Both the position numbers and the translations under genes were made by a program. From the NCBI GenBank assembly GCA_013813875.1, contig JACCQZ010000098.1:1-53677 (forward strand): 53,677 bases of DNA. Reading direction: 5' to 3'. Under the pieces are notes generated by a model. It saw only the letters and a list, made by a program, of their open reading frames with translations, made no database searches and was not told where the DNA came from. Source of the stretch: Gemmatimonadales bacterium (GTDB lineage Bacteria; Gemmatimonadota; Gemmatimonadetes; Gemmatimonadales; GWC2-71-9). How positions within the stretch are numbered: position 1 is the stretch's first letter; every line of letters begins with the position of its first letter. Positions 1 through 8,602 of this stretch are shown here, piece by piece.

Positions 1-139
1 TCTACGCCCGGCCGCGCTAGACGCGGCCGGGTGTTCGTGTGTCCGGTTCGGTTGACTTCCCTCGAAGCCTCCGAGTAGCTTCTGGCGCCGCACTGTGGGG
101 CCGAGCCCTGCGCCCCCAGATACTCCACCCGGAGCCGGA

Positions 140-808
140 ATGCGAATCACCACCCATCGAACGGTCCTCATCCTCGCGCTTGCCCTCGGGGCCGCGCCGG
201 CGGCGGCACAAGTGCCCGGGATTCCGGTCTACAACAGTGGGGTGCCCCGGGGCATCGGCCTCTACGCCGACGTCGGTTTTCCCAATGACGATGCCGGTGG
301 CGGCACCGGACTCGCCCTCACCGGGCGCGCGGGCTTCGGCCCGCTGGGAGCCACCGCAATCATCTCGTCCTACAACCCTGAGGGGCCCTCCGGCGGCGAT
401 CTCTCCGTCGGAGCTACCGGGAACTATCGGGTTTTCGGGGGGCCGCTGGTGCCCCTCAGCGTGAGCCTTCAGGCCGGTGTCGGCTACGCCAAACCGGACG
501 CGGGCCTGCTGCCGGGCGGAGACGTGACCCAGTGGCGCTTTCCCATCGGGGTCGGCTTCGCGCTCACCATCCCCAATCCCGCTCTGGCGATCAGGCCGTG
601 GCTGGCACCGAGGATTGACATCCTGCGGCGGTCGGCGGACGGCGGCTCTACCACGGATACCGAGTTTGCGCTGAGCGGCGGCCTGGAGCTGAATACGTTG
701 AGCGGGCTGGGCATCCACGCCGCTTACGACCTCATCGTCAGCGGCGGGCTCAACCCCGGGGTGCTGGGCCTCGGTGCCCACTACAACTTCCGGGTTCCCG
801 GACTGTGA
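140..808 (+). CDS. hypothetical secreted protein, probable outer-membrane beta-barrel
   Basis: Frame of ORF 95..808. The internal ATG at 140 gives a signal-like N-terminus, MRITTHRTVLILALALGAAPAAAQ. The rest is Gly-rich with an alternating hydrophobic pattern. Family not recognised. Confidence 0.55.
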   Translation: MRITTHRTVLILALALGAAPAAAQVPGIPVYNSGVPRGIGLYADVGFPNDDAGGGTGLALTGRAGFGPLGATAIISSYNPEGPSGGDLSVGATGNYRVFGGPLVPLSVSLQAGVGYAKPDAGLLPGGDVTQWRFPIGVGFALTIPNPALAIRPWLAPRIDILRRSADGGSTTDTEFALSGGLELNTLSGLGIHAAYDLIVSGGLNPGVLGLGAHYNFRVPGL

Positions 809-1188
809 GAAGAACGCGGGACGCCGCCCCGCTGTTGCTGCTCCTGGTTCTGCTGGTCGGCTGCGTTCAGACCTTCGACGCCACCACCCTCGGCGTCCCC
901 GCCGCTCTCGCCTCGCCGGCCGGGCAGCCTCCGCAGGGTCCCCGTTTCTCGGTCACCACTCGGGCGGTGTTCGGCATCTGGGGCCTGTTGCGGTTCCGAG
1001 ACCCATCGCTGCGAAAGGCGCTCGCCGCGCAGCTTGTGGGAGGCAGCGGCATCGCCGATTTGAGGATTCGGGTAAGGAGCCGCTGGAGCGACCTGCTCAT
1101 TACCGGGCTCACTCTGGGCCTCATCGTGCCTCGCTCGGTGACCTACGAAGGAGTGGTCACCGGCTTGCCGGCTCCAGCGGCTCCGTAG
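805..1188 (+). CDS. hypothetical lipoprotein
   Basis: ORF 805..1188. Its GTG start overlaps the upstream stop (GTGA at 805-808). The N-terminus MRRTRDAAPLLLLLVLLVGC carries a lipobox (L-V-G-C). Confidence 0.55.
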   Translation: MRRTRDAAPLLLLLVLLVGCVQTFDATTLGVPAALASPAGQPPQGPRFSVTTRAVFGIWGLLRFRDPSLRKALAAQLVGGSGIADLRIRVRSRWSDLLITGLTLGLIVPRSVTYEGVVTGLPAPAAP

Positions 1189-1227
1189 CCCGCCCCCTCC
1201 GCCGCGTCGCTTCTAACCGTCCCTCGC

Positions 1228-2562
1228 TTGCCCACTTTCGCCGTCCCTTCCGAGCACGTCCTGTGGTACCTGGTCGTGGGAGCGTTGCTCGTCATGATCG
1301 CGGCGGGAGGCTCGCTGATGAAGCGGCTGCCGGTCTCTACGGCCATGATCTGCGTGGTCCTGGGCTTTGCCTTCGGCCCGATGGGCGCGGGTCTGATCAG
1401 GCTCGATCCCATCGCCGACAGCGGCTTTCTCGAGCTGCTGACCGAGGCGGCGGTGATCGTCTCGCTCTTTACCGCTGGCCTCAAGCTGCGCTTGCCGCTG
1501 CGCGACCGCTTCTGGCTGGTTCCGTTCCGCCTGGCGGTGCTCTCGATGGTGCTGACCGTCGGCCTCATTGCCTGCGCGGCCCAGTGGCTGCTCGACCTGC
1601 CCTGGGGCGCGGCGATCCTGCTGGGTGGAGTGCTGGCGCCCACCGACCCCGTGCTGGCCTCCGACGTCCAGGTGCAGAGCCCCTGGTCTCCCGATCGCCT
1701 TCGCTTCAGTCTCACCGCGGAGGCCGGCCTCAACGACGGAACCGCTTTCCCGTTCGTCCTTCTCGGGCTGGGGTTGCTGGGCGCGCGAGAGCTGGGAGCG
1801 GACGGGCTACGCTGGGTGTCGCTGGATCTGCTCTGGGCCGTCTCGGCGGGCTTGGCCATCGGAGCTCTGCTCGGCACCGCGGTGGGCCGGCTGGTTCTCC
1901 ATCTCCGCCGCGTACACCGGGAGGGCCTGGGGCCCGACGAATTTCTCGCGCTCGGTCTCATCGCGCTATCCTACGGGACCGCGATCGCGGTAGAGGCGTA
2001 CGGGTTTCTCGCGGTGTTCGCGGCAGGGCTGGCTTTGCGGCGGATCGAGGTGGCGGAGGCGGGCTCCCGAACGGCTCCCCAGATCGCGCCCGTCCTCACG
2101 AGCGAGAGTAAGGAGGATCTGGCGACGCACGAGGAGAAAGCCCCGGAATACATGGCACAAGCGGTGTTGAGCTTCAACGAGCAACTGGATCGCATCGGTG
2201 AGGTGACCGTGGTGCTCCTGGTCGGCGGGATGCTGGCGATGTATCCGCTCCCCTCGGGCGCGCTCTGGCTCATCGCCCTGGTGCTGCTGATCATCCGCCC
2301 GCTCTCGGTTCTCGTCGGACTGGTCGGCTCCGGCACCGATCGGGTGGAGCGCGGACTGATGGCCTGGTTCGGGATCCGCGGAATCGGGTCGGTCTACTAC
2401 ATGAGCTACGCGATCGAGCACGGCCTTGCCCCGGAGCTGGCGGAACCGCTGGTGGCCGTCACCATGATGACCGTTGCGGTATCCGTGGTGGTACACGGAG
2501 GCTCGGTGACGCCGCTGATCACCCGGTACGCCGGCCGTAAGGATGTCGCCGCCGAGGTGTAA
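1228..2562 (+). CDS. cation:proton antiporter (Na+/H+ exchanger family, CPA1/NhaP-like)
   Basis: 444-aa polytopic membrane ORF with the LAPTDPVLASD motif typical of Na+/H+ exchangers and many TM helices. The TTG start at 1228 is uncertain. Confidence 0.85.
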   Translation: MPTFAVPSEHVLWYLVVGALLVMIAAGGSLMKRLPVSTAMICVVLGFAFGPMGAGLIRLDPIADSGFLELLTEAAVIVSLFTAGLKLRLPLRDRFWLVPFRLAVLSMVLTVGLIACAAQWLLDLPWGAAILLGGVLAPTDPVLASDVQVQSPWSPDRLRFSLTAEAGLNDGTAFPFVLLGLGLLGARELGADGLRWVSLDLLWAVSAGLAIGALLGTAVGRLVLHLRRVHREGLGPDEFLALGLIALSYGTAIAVEAYGFLAVFAAGLALRRIEVAEAGSRTAPQIAPVLTSESKEDLATHEEKAPEYMAQAVLSFNEQLDRIGEVTVVLLVGGMLAMYPLPSGALWLIALVLLIIRPLSVLVGLVGSGTDRVERGLMAWFGIRGIGSVYYMSYAIEHGLAPELAEPLVAVTMMTVAVSVVVHGGSVTPLITRYAGRKDVAAEV

Positions 2563-3847
2563 GCCGGTCGAGCAGCTCCGCCGAGCGCCGCGCGGCCCCG
2601 GTTCCCCGCTCTACTACTTCCCGGGCCCGTCCTCCCTGCGACTGCCGCAACGGTTCGCTGTCGAGCCAACTTTTCCAGCGCGAGTACAGCGCCGCTCCGG
2701 CCTCGCGAGCTCCGCTTGCCGGCAGCGCCTCGGCGGCGCCGGCCCGCAGCAGCAGTCCGGCGTCCCGGCTGCTCTCCCAGCGGGGCCCGAAGATCACCGG
2801 CAATCCCCACGCGGCCGGCTCCAGCACCGAGTGCAGTCCCGCTCTCCCGAATCCTCCGCCTACGTAGGCCATCGTTCCGCCGCCATACAGCGCGGCGAGA
2901 ATGCCAACCCGATCCACCAGCAGCAGCGGCGCCGGCCCGGCCACCGTCTCCAGCCGAACCGCCCGGGGGAGGCCTGCTCCAGCCGCGGCGCGCTCCACAG
3001 CGGCGAGGTTATCCGGCGTGGGCTCGTGCGGCACCAGTATCAGTCGGGCCTCGGGCCGATCTCTCCGGATCCGGGTGAACGCGCCGAGCAACACCGCCTC
3101 GTCGCCGGGCCAGGTCGAGCCCGCTACCATGGTCGGCGCGCCGCTGCCGAGGGCCAGCAACGGGTCCTGGGCCGAAACCGCCCGCACCCGGTGCAGTACG
3201 CTGTCGAAACGCGGATCGCCGAGCACCTCGACGCGGTTGCGGTCAACGCCGAGACGGGTAAGGCGTTCCCCGTCTTCGTGGGAGATCACGCCGGCGGCGG
3301 CCACCGCCTCGTATCCGGCGCGCAGCAGCGAGCGCGCCGGCCAGCGCAGGCGGCCGCTGCTGGAGCTGACCGTTCCCGCCACGATGGCCACCGCGGTACC
3401 TCGTGCGGCCGCCCGGGTGGCGAGCTCGGGCCAGAGGTCGAGCTTGACGAAAACGAGAAGGTCGGGCGCCAGCGCATCGAGCAGACGGTCCACCTGGCCG
3501 CGGAGGTCGTACGGCAGGTAATCGGCGACATCAGCCGCAAGGCGGAGCGCCAGCGGCGCGGCGGAGGAGCTGAAGTGGGTGTACACGTACTGGCAGTCGG
3601 GGCGAACCCGGCGCAGCTCGCCGAGCACACTCTCCGCCTGAAGCCCTTCCCCCACCGAGGAGGCGTGCAGCCATACCAGGGGCCGTTGGGGATCTCGAGA
3701 CTCCCGAGCCCAGAGACAGAGCCGTCCCCCGGCACCGAGCCGGGCGCGGTGCCCCTCTCGTACCTTGGGAGAGTAGTGCGCCAGGGCGGGGGCGAGCGCC
3801 GTGCCCAACCGAACCGCTGCCCGGTAACTCAGCGAGGTGGAAGACAT
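2519..3847 (-). CDS. waaA: 3-deoxy-D-manno-octulosonic acid (Kdo) transferase
   Basis: 442-aa ORF. It has the N-terminal LVWLHASSVGEG motif and a GT30/KdtA-like layout (DLWPE, VPHEP, GGSF-like C-terminal half). Confidence 0.85.
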   Translation of the reverse strand: MSSTSLSYRAAVRLGTALAPALAHYSPKVREGHRARLGAGGRLCLWARESRDPQRPLVWLHASSVGEGLQAESVLGELRRVRPDCQYVYTHFSSSAAPLALRLAADVADYLPYDLRGQVDRLLDALAPDLLVFVKLDLWPELATRAAARGTAVAIVAGTVSSSSGRLRWPARSLLRAGYEAVAAAGVISHEDGERLTRLGVDRNRVEVLGDPRFDSVLHRVRAVSAQDPLLALGSGAPTMVAGSTWPGDEAVLLGAFTRIRRDRPEARLILVPHEPTPDNLAAVERAAAGAGLPRAVRLETVAGPAPLLLVDRVGILAALYGGGTMAYVGGGFGRAGLHSVLEPAAWGLPVIFGPRWESSRDAGLLLRAGAAEALPASGAREAGAALYSRWKSWLDSEPLRQSQGGRAREVVERGTGAARRSAELLDRLTPRRRHPYGRRTG

Positions 3848-3959
3848 GCCGGCAATCTTGGCCCCAACCGGGCCACCCCGTCAACCGGAACCTGGCGGTC
3901 TCGGGAGGGTTGCAGCCTGAAGGTGGATCCATTTAAAATTCAGTCAGAAGTTATGTCTC

Positions 3960-4090
3960 ACCCGCTACCGAGGAGGTGATCCCATTGTCTACAGAGCTAA
4001 GGGTCGCCTGCGGCCATTAGGTTGAGCTGCATACCCTGAGCCCAGGCGACTCTTACCTGGGGGGGCCGCCATAGGCGGCCCCTTTTTTTG
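3960..4090 (+). ncRNA. candidate structured leader / small RNA ending in an intrinsic terminator (family not recognised)
   Basis: Lies in the 248-bp divergent gap between waaA and the CPBP gene. Preceded by an AT-rich patch at 3930-3960. Contains an 11-bp stem (4000-4010 AGGGTCGCCTG with 4043-4053 CAGGCGACTCT, one G-U pair), then the terminator hairpin. AGGAGG at 3971-3976 precedes an 11-codon mini-ORF (3985-4020). Confidence 0.35.
4060..4090 (+). terminator. Rho-independent terminator
   Basis: GGGGCCGCC (4062-4070), loop ATA, GGCGGCCCC (4074-4082), then T7 (4083-4089). The T-run is present only on the + strand. Confidence 0.7.
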
Positions 4091-4095
4091 TCCCT

Positions 4096-4860
4096 GTGGT
4101 GCCGGCCATGCTTTCCTCCCGCTTCCTGAAGACCTACTGGTGCGCTACCCGGGCGCCCCGCTATAGCCTCATCTTCGCGCTGCCCCTGCTGGTCGCGTAC
4201 GAGCTCCTGGCGCTTTCCCTGTCCTACGTTGCGCTGGCAGGGGTGCGGAACGGGGCCGACGTCCTGCTCAAGAGCCTGTTCGTCTCGTTCGGTGGACGCG
4301 CTGGACTCCTGGTTTTCGGGGCGCTCCTGGTTGGTACCGGCGCGGTGCTGGTGGCGCGCGACCTCCGGCAGGGGGAACCGATCGAGGGACGAGTGTTCCT
4401 GCTGATGGCGGTGGAATCCGCAGTCCACGCGCTCGCGTTCGGGATCATAGCTGGTACGCTGACCGGAGTGCTGCTGCCGGGTCTGGACATCGCGCTGCCG
4501 GCGCCGGGTACGGTGATCCAGGAAACCGGAATGGGCCCTGCCACCCAGCTCATGATCTCGCTGGGCGCCGGCATCTATGAGGAGCTGCTCTTCCGGGTGT
4601 TGCTGGTGGGCGGGCTCGCCTGGGCCGGGCGCCGCTTGGGGTGGACGGCCGGTGGAGCGGGGCTGGCGGCCACGGTGGTGGGGGCGCTCATCTTCGCTGG
4701 GTTCCACTACGTAGGTCCCTACGGCGACAGACTCGAGCTCCCGTCGTTCACCTTTCGGGTCATCGCCGGAGTTCTCTTCAGCGCGCTCTACCTCACTCGC
4801 GGGTTTGGAATCACGGCGTGGACCCACGCGCTCTACGACGTATTCCTGACGTTGGGGTGA
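4096..4860 (+). CDS. CPBP family intramembrane glutamic endopeptidase (CAAX protease-like)
   Basis: 254-aa membrane ORF with the EELLFR motif and a downstream FAGFHY motif, characteristic of CPBP/Abi proteases. Start is either GTG 4096 or ATG 4108. Confidence 0.8.
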   Translation: MVPAMLSSRFLKTYWCATRAPRYSLIFALPLLVAYELLALSLSYVALAGVRNGADVLLKSLFVSFGGRAGLLVFGALLVGTGAVLVARDLRQGEPIEGRVFLLMAVESAVHALAFGIIAGTLTGVLLPGLDIALPAPGTVIQETGMGPATQLMISLGAGIYEELLFRVLLVGGLAWAGRRLGWTAGGAGLAATVVGALIFAGFHYVGPYGDRLELPSFTFRVIAGVLFSALYLTRGFGITAWTHALYDVFLTLG

Positions 4861-4888
4861 CAGCGGGTTTGAAACGGTGGGCCGATCT

Positions 4889-5545
4889 CTACCTCGAGGG
4901 CCCGGCCTTTTTCGTTTTCGAAGCGTACACCGAATCCAGTACCTGCCTGAAGAGCGGCAGCGGATGCGCTCCCGAGAGCAGTCCACCTTCGATATAGAAG
5001 CTGGGCGTGCTGGCAGCGCCGGCGCGCTGGGAGCCCTCCGCTTCCGTCCGGACTTCGGTGCGGGTGGCCGGCGCCTTCACGCATTCGACCAGCTCCGGCT
5101 TGGAGATGTCCGCTGAGTCGGCCAGAGACAGAAAAAAGGGCGCCGGCTCCTTGAGCGGGGCCCAGGTCTTCTGGTATTGGTAAAGCAGATCGTGCACCGG
5201 CCAGAAGGCGCCCTGCTTCCCGGCGCACAGCGCCACCTCGGCCGCGGGCACCGCGTTGGCGTGGATGCTGGTCAGCGGGAAGTTCACGAACACCCAGCGC
5301 ACTTTACCGGTGGCGATGAATTCCCGCTCCAGGGCGGGAAAGGTCTGCAGGGCAAAGTTCCGACAGTAGGGACACTGGAAGTCGGACATCTCGTACACCG
5401 TCACCGGCGCTGTCGCCGTACCCTTGGTCCGCGCGGCCAGCGGGTTGGGCTCGGCGGTTTGGGCGGTGAGGCCGAGTGGCAGCGCTGTCGCCAGTGCCAG
5501 TGCTACGGCGGTTGGCCATGCTGCAACCCACAGAAGATGAATCAC
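4889..5545 (-). CDS. DsbA-family thiol:disulfide oxidoreductase (thioredoxin fold)
   Basis: C-terminal 218 aa of ORF 4889..6181. The GTG at 5545 is preceded by AGAGG and gives the signal peptide VIHLLWVAAWPTAVALALATALPLGLTAQ. CPYC active-site motif (FQCPYC). An alternative ATG lies at 5674. Confidence 0.8.
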   Translation of the reverse strand: MIHLLWVAAWPTAVALALATALPLGLTAQTAEPNPLAARTKGTATAPVTVYEMSDFQCPYCRNFALQTFPALEREFIATGKVRWVFVNFPLTSIHANAVPAAEVALCAGKQGAFWPVHDLLYQYQKTWAPLKEPAPFFLSLADSADISKPELVECVKAPATRTEVRTEAEGSQRAGAASTPSFYIEGGLLSGAHPLPLFRQVLDSVYASKTKKAGPSR

Positions 5546-5720
5546 GTGGTGGACCTCTGCATGATGATAGACGAAGGGATCGCTCGTCAGCTTGAGCGAA
5601 GCGAAGGGGGCATACCCAAGCTCATGCCCCTTCCCCCTCGCGTTGCTCGGGGTCAGGGTGACACGATCGAGCATGCAACGCTCTGCCGATAGCCGATAGC
5701 CGATAGCTTCCACCCCGCCC

Positions 5721-6488
5721 CTAATACCTCGCCTGCCGCCGCCCCGATCTACTCGACAGCAGCACGGTGTCTCCATCCACCGGCAGGTTCCAGTACCACT
5801 CGGCATTGGGGTCCGTCGCGTCCCATGATCGGCCGTAGATCCACCAGGGTCCACCGCGGAGCTGCAGGTGGGCCCAACCGTCGGCGCCGGTGGTGTCGGT
5901 GATCCCGTCCCGACCACGGCGCAAAGCCAGATTGCGCACGATGCTGTCGTAGCCGGCGTAGGTGCTATCTTCCCATTGCCGAAGCTCGGTGCGCAAACTC
6001 TCGGCTCGGGGCACAAACCCGGCGCGTGCCCGGTCCAGCCCGATCCGGGCGCGCTCACTCTGGCCCTGAGCTGCCACCAGGGAATCGGTGAGCCGCGCGA
6101 ATGCGGCGTAGAGCCGACGGTACTCGGGGCTGTTACGGGGCATGGAGTCGAGCCGGGTCTGGAGCACCGCCGTCGAATCACGGAGCCGGTCGAGCTTGCT
6201 GATGGTGCCGGAATAGCTGGTGAACGGGGCGCGAAAGTCGTGAAAGAGGCTGTCGAGCTCCGCGGTCGAGGGTCGGGGGGAAGCGGCCGAGGCTGCCAGC
6301 GCGGCGAGCACGCTGTCTCGATCGTACGGCAACGCCACCAGGCCGATCCCGGAGACTGGCGTCTCGGCCGAGTCGGGCCCGGGGATGGACACCCGGACGG
6401 CTACATCGCGCGATCCTTCGCAGGCGATCGGGCCCGCCCCGAGCAGTCCCGTGGCGGCCATCATCAGGAGAGTTCTTGAGAGGGACAC
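5721..6488 (-). CDS. hypothetical lipoprotein
   Basis: 255-aa ORF. The N-terminus MSLSRTLLMMAATGLLGAGPIAC is a signal peptide with a Cys. Central region is helical and Arg/Leu-rich; the C-terminus is Trp-rich. No family recognised. Confidence 0.6.
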   Translation of the reverse strand: MSLSRTLLMMAATGLLGAGPIACEGSRDVAVRVSIPGPDSAETPVSGIGLVALPYDRDSVLAALAASAASPRPSTAELDSLFHDFRAPFTSYSGTISKLDRLRDSTAVLQTRLDSMPRNSPEYRRLYAAFARLTDSLVAAQGQSERARIGLDRARAGFVPRAESLRTELRQWEDSTYAGYDSIVRNLALRRGRDGITDTTGADGWAHLQLRGGPWWIYGRSWDATDPNAEWYWNLPVDGDTVLLSSRSGRRQARY

Positions 6489-7318
6489 GAGCCAAAGCTA
6501 CCGCCCTGCTAGCGGCGCTTCAACTGACGGCCGTCGCGGCGGTGGCGCAGAACCCCGAGGTCGAGCGACTCTTCCCGGCGCAACCCTCGGGCTTCGTCAC
6601 CGATGTGGCGGGGGTGGTGGATCCGGCCTCCGAGTCGCGCATGGAAAGCCTGATCGAGCGGCTGCGCGGCGCGACCGGCGCCGAGATCGCCGTCGCCACC
6701 CTTCCCACCATCGGAGACCGGAGCGAGGCCGAGGTGGCGCTGGCCATCGGCCGGCGGTGGGGAGTGGGCGCGAGCGCCGAGATCGGCGACCAACGGCGGA
6801 ACGCGGGCGCTATCGTGCTCCTCGTCCCCAGAGCCGGCGGAAAGCCGGGCACGGGGCACCTCCGAGTCGAGGTGGGGCAGGGGCTGGAAGGAATCGTCAC
6901 CGACGCTACCGCCGGCCGAGTGCGCGACCTGATCGCGGCCCAGGTGGGCAACGAGCAGTACGGACCCGCGCTCGCGTCGGGGGTCGAGACGCTCGCCGGC
7001 ATCATCGCCCGGGGTTATGGGGTAAGCGACACCGCGCTCACCAACTTCCAGCCGGTAGCTCCCAGCGGCGGAGGAAGCCGGCCGCTCGGCGGGTTGCTGC
7101 CGCTGCTTCTGTTCGCCCTCTTTTTCCTGGTGATGTCCGGTGCGCGCGGGGGTCGGCGCCGCAGGAGAGGGGTATATTGGGGAGGTCCCTGGATCGGCGG
7201 TGGCTGGGGCGGCGGCGGTGGGTTCGGTGGTGGCGGCTTCGGCGGCGGCGGCGGTGGATTCGGCGGGTTCGGCGGTGGCGGCGGCTTCAGCGGTGGCGGC
7301 GCCGGAGGGAGATTCTGA
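6476..7318 (+). CDS. TPM-domain protein (YgcG-like) with TM helix and Gly-rich tail
   Basis: Signal peptide, then FVTDVAGVV...IAVATLPTIGD...IVLLVP...LRVEVGQGLEG, typical of the TPM/TLP18.3 domain. This is followed by a TM helix, an RRRRR patch and a GGGFGGGG tail. The TTG start is uncertain. Confidence 0.8.
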   Translation: MRGTRAKATALLAALQLTAVAAVAQNPEVERLFPAQPSGFVTDVAGVVDPASESRMESLIERLRGATGAEIAVATLPTIGDRSEAEVALAIGRRWGVGASAEIGDQRRNAGAIVLLVPRAGGKPGTGHLRVEVGQGLEGIVTDATAGRVRDLIAAQVGNEQYGPALASGVETLAGIIARGYGVSDTALTNFQPVAPSGGGSRPLGGLLPLLLFALFFLVMSGARGGRRRRRGVYWGGPWIGGGWGGGGGFGGGGFGGGGGGFGGFGGGGGFSGGGAGGRF

Positions 7319-8037
7319 TGCGCGATGAAGTAGATCGGCTGGTCTCCCCCTTCCTGGCGGAAGCCGACACGGTGCTCGGCGGACGATACAGCGCGGTACT
7401 CTACGGATCGGCCGTGCGGGGAGATTTTGTCCCCGGCCGCTCCGACGTCAACCTGATGCTCATCCTCGAGGACCTTTCCCCTCCAGTGCTGCGCTCCCTT
7501 GGCCGGGCCTTTTCCGGCTGGCGCAAGTCGGAGTACGAGCCGCCGCTCCTGATCAGCCGCTCGGAGTGGTCACGCGCCACGGACGTGTTTCCCATCGAGA
7601 TCGCCGACATGCGGACCGGCTACACCGTGCTTCGGGGCGATGACCCGATGGCGGGCCTCGCGCTGGAGCGCTCCGACCTCAGGCGCGCGCTCGAGCGCGA
7701 GTTTCGGGGCAAGCTGCTCCGGCTTCGGCAGGGTTACGCCGCGTCAGCCGGCGATGCCCAGGCGCTCGGCGCGCTGGCCGGCAAGAGCGCCGGTACGGTT
7801 CTGGTGCTTCTGCGTGCGCTCCTCACCCTGCTCGGCCGTCCGGTTCCGGCCGATCCGGTCGAGCTAGCGGGCGCCTCGGCCGATGCCATCGGGGCCGGCC
7901 GCGAGCACCTGATCCATGTGTTCAGCCATCGCGGCGAGCGCAACTGGCGGTGCTCGCCCGCGGAGTTCGAGCATTACCTGGAAGCCGTGGCGCAGGCCGC
8001 CCGATTCCTCGATCAACTTCACCTCGGAGATCAGTGA
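7318..8037 (+). CDS. nucleotidyltransferase-fold protein with helical C-terminal domain (variant active site)
   Basis: The ATG at 7318 overlaps the TPM stop (TGATG). Carries the motif LYGSAVRGDFVPGRSDVNLMLIL, i.e. G-S-x(n)-D-V-N where D-x-D/E is canonical. Corresponds to the last 239 aa of ORF 6385..8037. Confidence 0.7.
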   Translation: MRDEVDRLVSPFLAEADTVLGGRYSAVLYGSAVRGDFVPGRSDVNLMLILEDLSPPVLRSLGRAFSGWRKSEYEPPLLISRSEWSRATDVFPIEIADMRTGYTVLRGDDPMAGLALERSDLRRALEREFRGKLLRLRQGYAASAGDAQALGALAGKSAGTVLVLLRALLTLLGRPVPADPVELAGASADAIGAGREHLIHVFSHRGERNWRCSPAEFEHYLEAVAQAARFLDQLHLGDQ

Positions 8038-8600
8038 TGAAGCGCTCGCCGGCCGTTTCGACCTCGCTCCTGGCCCTGGTGCTCCTGGCCGCCGGGTGCG
8101 GCTACAACCAGATCCAAACGATGGATGAGCGGGTCAATCAGGCCAAGGGCCAGATCGAGACCCAGCTCCAGCGCCGGGCCGATCTGGTGCCCAATCTGGT
8201 GGAAACGGTCCGTGGCGTGGCCAAGCAGGAGAGCACGGTGTTCACCAGCGTGGCCGACGCGCGCGCCCGCCTGTCAGGAGCGGTTCAGAGTGGAGATGTG
8301 GGGCAGATGGCCGAAGCCAATCAGCAGCTTACCGCCGGGCTCGGCCGGCTGCTGGCGATCGTCGAGAACTATCCCGAACTACGCTCCAGCGAGAGCTTTC
8401 GGGCGCTGCAGGATCAGTTGGAAGGAACCGAGAACCGCATCGCAGTCGCCCGCCAGGACTACAACACCGCCGTGGGCGAATACAACGCTTATATCCGGCG
8501 CTTTCCCTACAACTTGACGGCGAGAATTTTCGGGTCGGGATCGCGAGAGTACTTCGAAGCGGCACCAGGATCGGAGACGGCGCCGAAGGTGCAGTTTTAG
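8037..8600 (+). CDS. lemA: LemA family protein
   Basis: The ATG at 8037 overlaps the upstream stop. Lipoprotein-like N-terminus (LLAAGC), then YNQIQTMDERVNQAKGQIETQLQRRADLVPNLVETV...NYPELRSSESF..LQDQLEGTENRIAVARQDYN, the classic LemA sequence. Confidence 0.9.
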   Translation: MKRSPAVSTSLLALVLLAAGCGYNQIQTMDERVNQAKGQIETQLQRRADLVPNLVETVRGVAKQESTVFTSVADARARLSGAVQSGDVGQMAEANQQLTAGLGRLLAIVENYPELRSSESFRALQDQLEGTENRIAVARQDYNTAVGEYNAYIRRFPYNLTARIFGSGSREYFEAAPGSETAPKVQF

Positions 8601-8602
8601 CC

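Noticed and set aside
7-41. Hairpin CCCGGCCGCG-CTAGA-CGCGGCCGGG followed by TGTTCGTGTGT at the window edge, a possible terminator of an upstream gene.
   Set aside because: The T-tract is interrupted and the upstream gene is outside the window, so it cannot be supported as a terminator.
2519-2562. 44-bp convergent overlap of the 3' ends of the Na+/H+ antiporter gene and waaA.
   Set aside because: Both reading frames simply run to their first stops. Short convergent overlaps are frequent in compact high-GC genomes, and no additional structure is seen. The same applies to the 26-bp overlap at 46193-46218.
3985-4020. 11-codon mini-ORF with an upstream AGGAGG in the waaA/CPBP gap, considered as a stand-alone CDS feature.
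   Set aside because: It is too short to support as a gene from sequence alone. It is kept only as part of the attenuator/sRNA hypothesis.
7150-7315. GGC/GGT-rich low-complexity tract that could be mistaken for a non-coding tandem repeat.
   Set aside because: It is in frame and encodes the Gly-rich (GGGFGGGG) C-terminal tail after the TM helix of the TPM/YgcG-like protein. This is a common feature of that family, not an independent element.
6385-7317. N-terminal 311 codons of ORF 6385..8037, and similar long N-terminal extensions of ORFs 4889..6181, 20671..22197, 31118..32578, 34779..36068, 36817..38022 and 12449..13549.
   Set aside because: The extensions overlap neighbouring real genes and are Arg/Gly/Pro-rich. 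They are followed by an internal start with an SD and/or a signal peptide at which the recognisable protein begins, so only the downstream portions were called.
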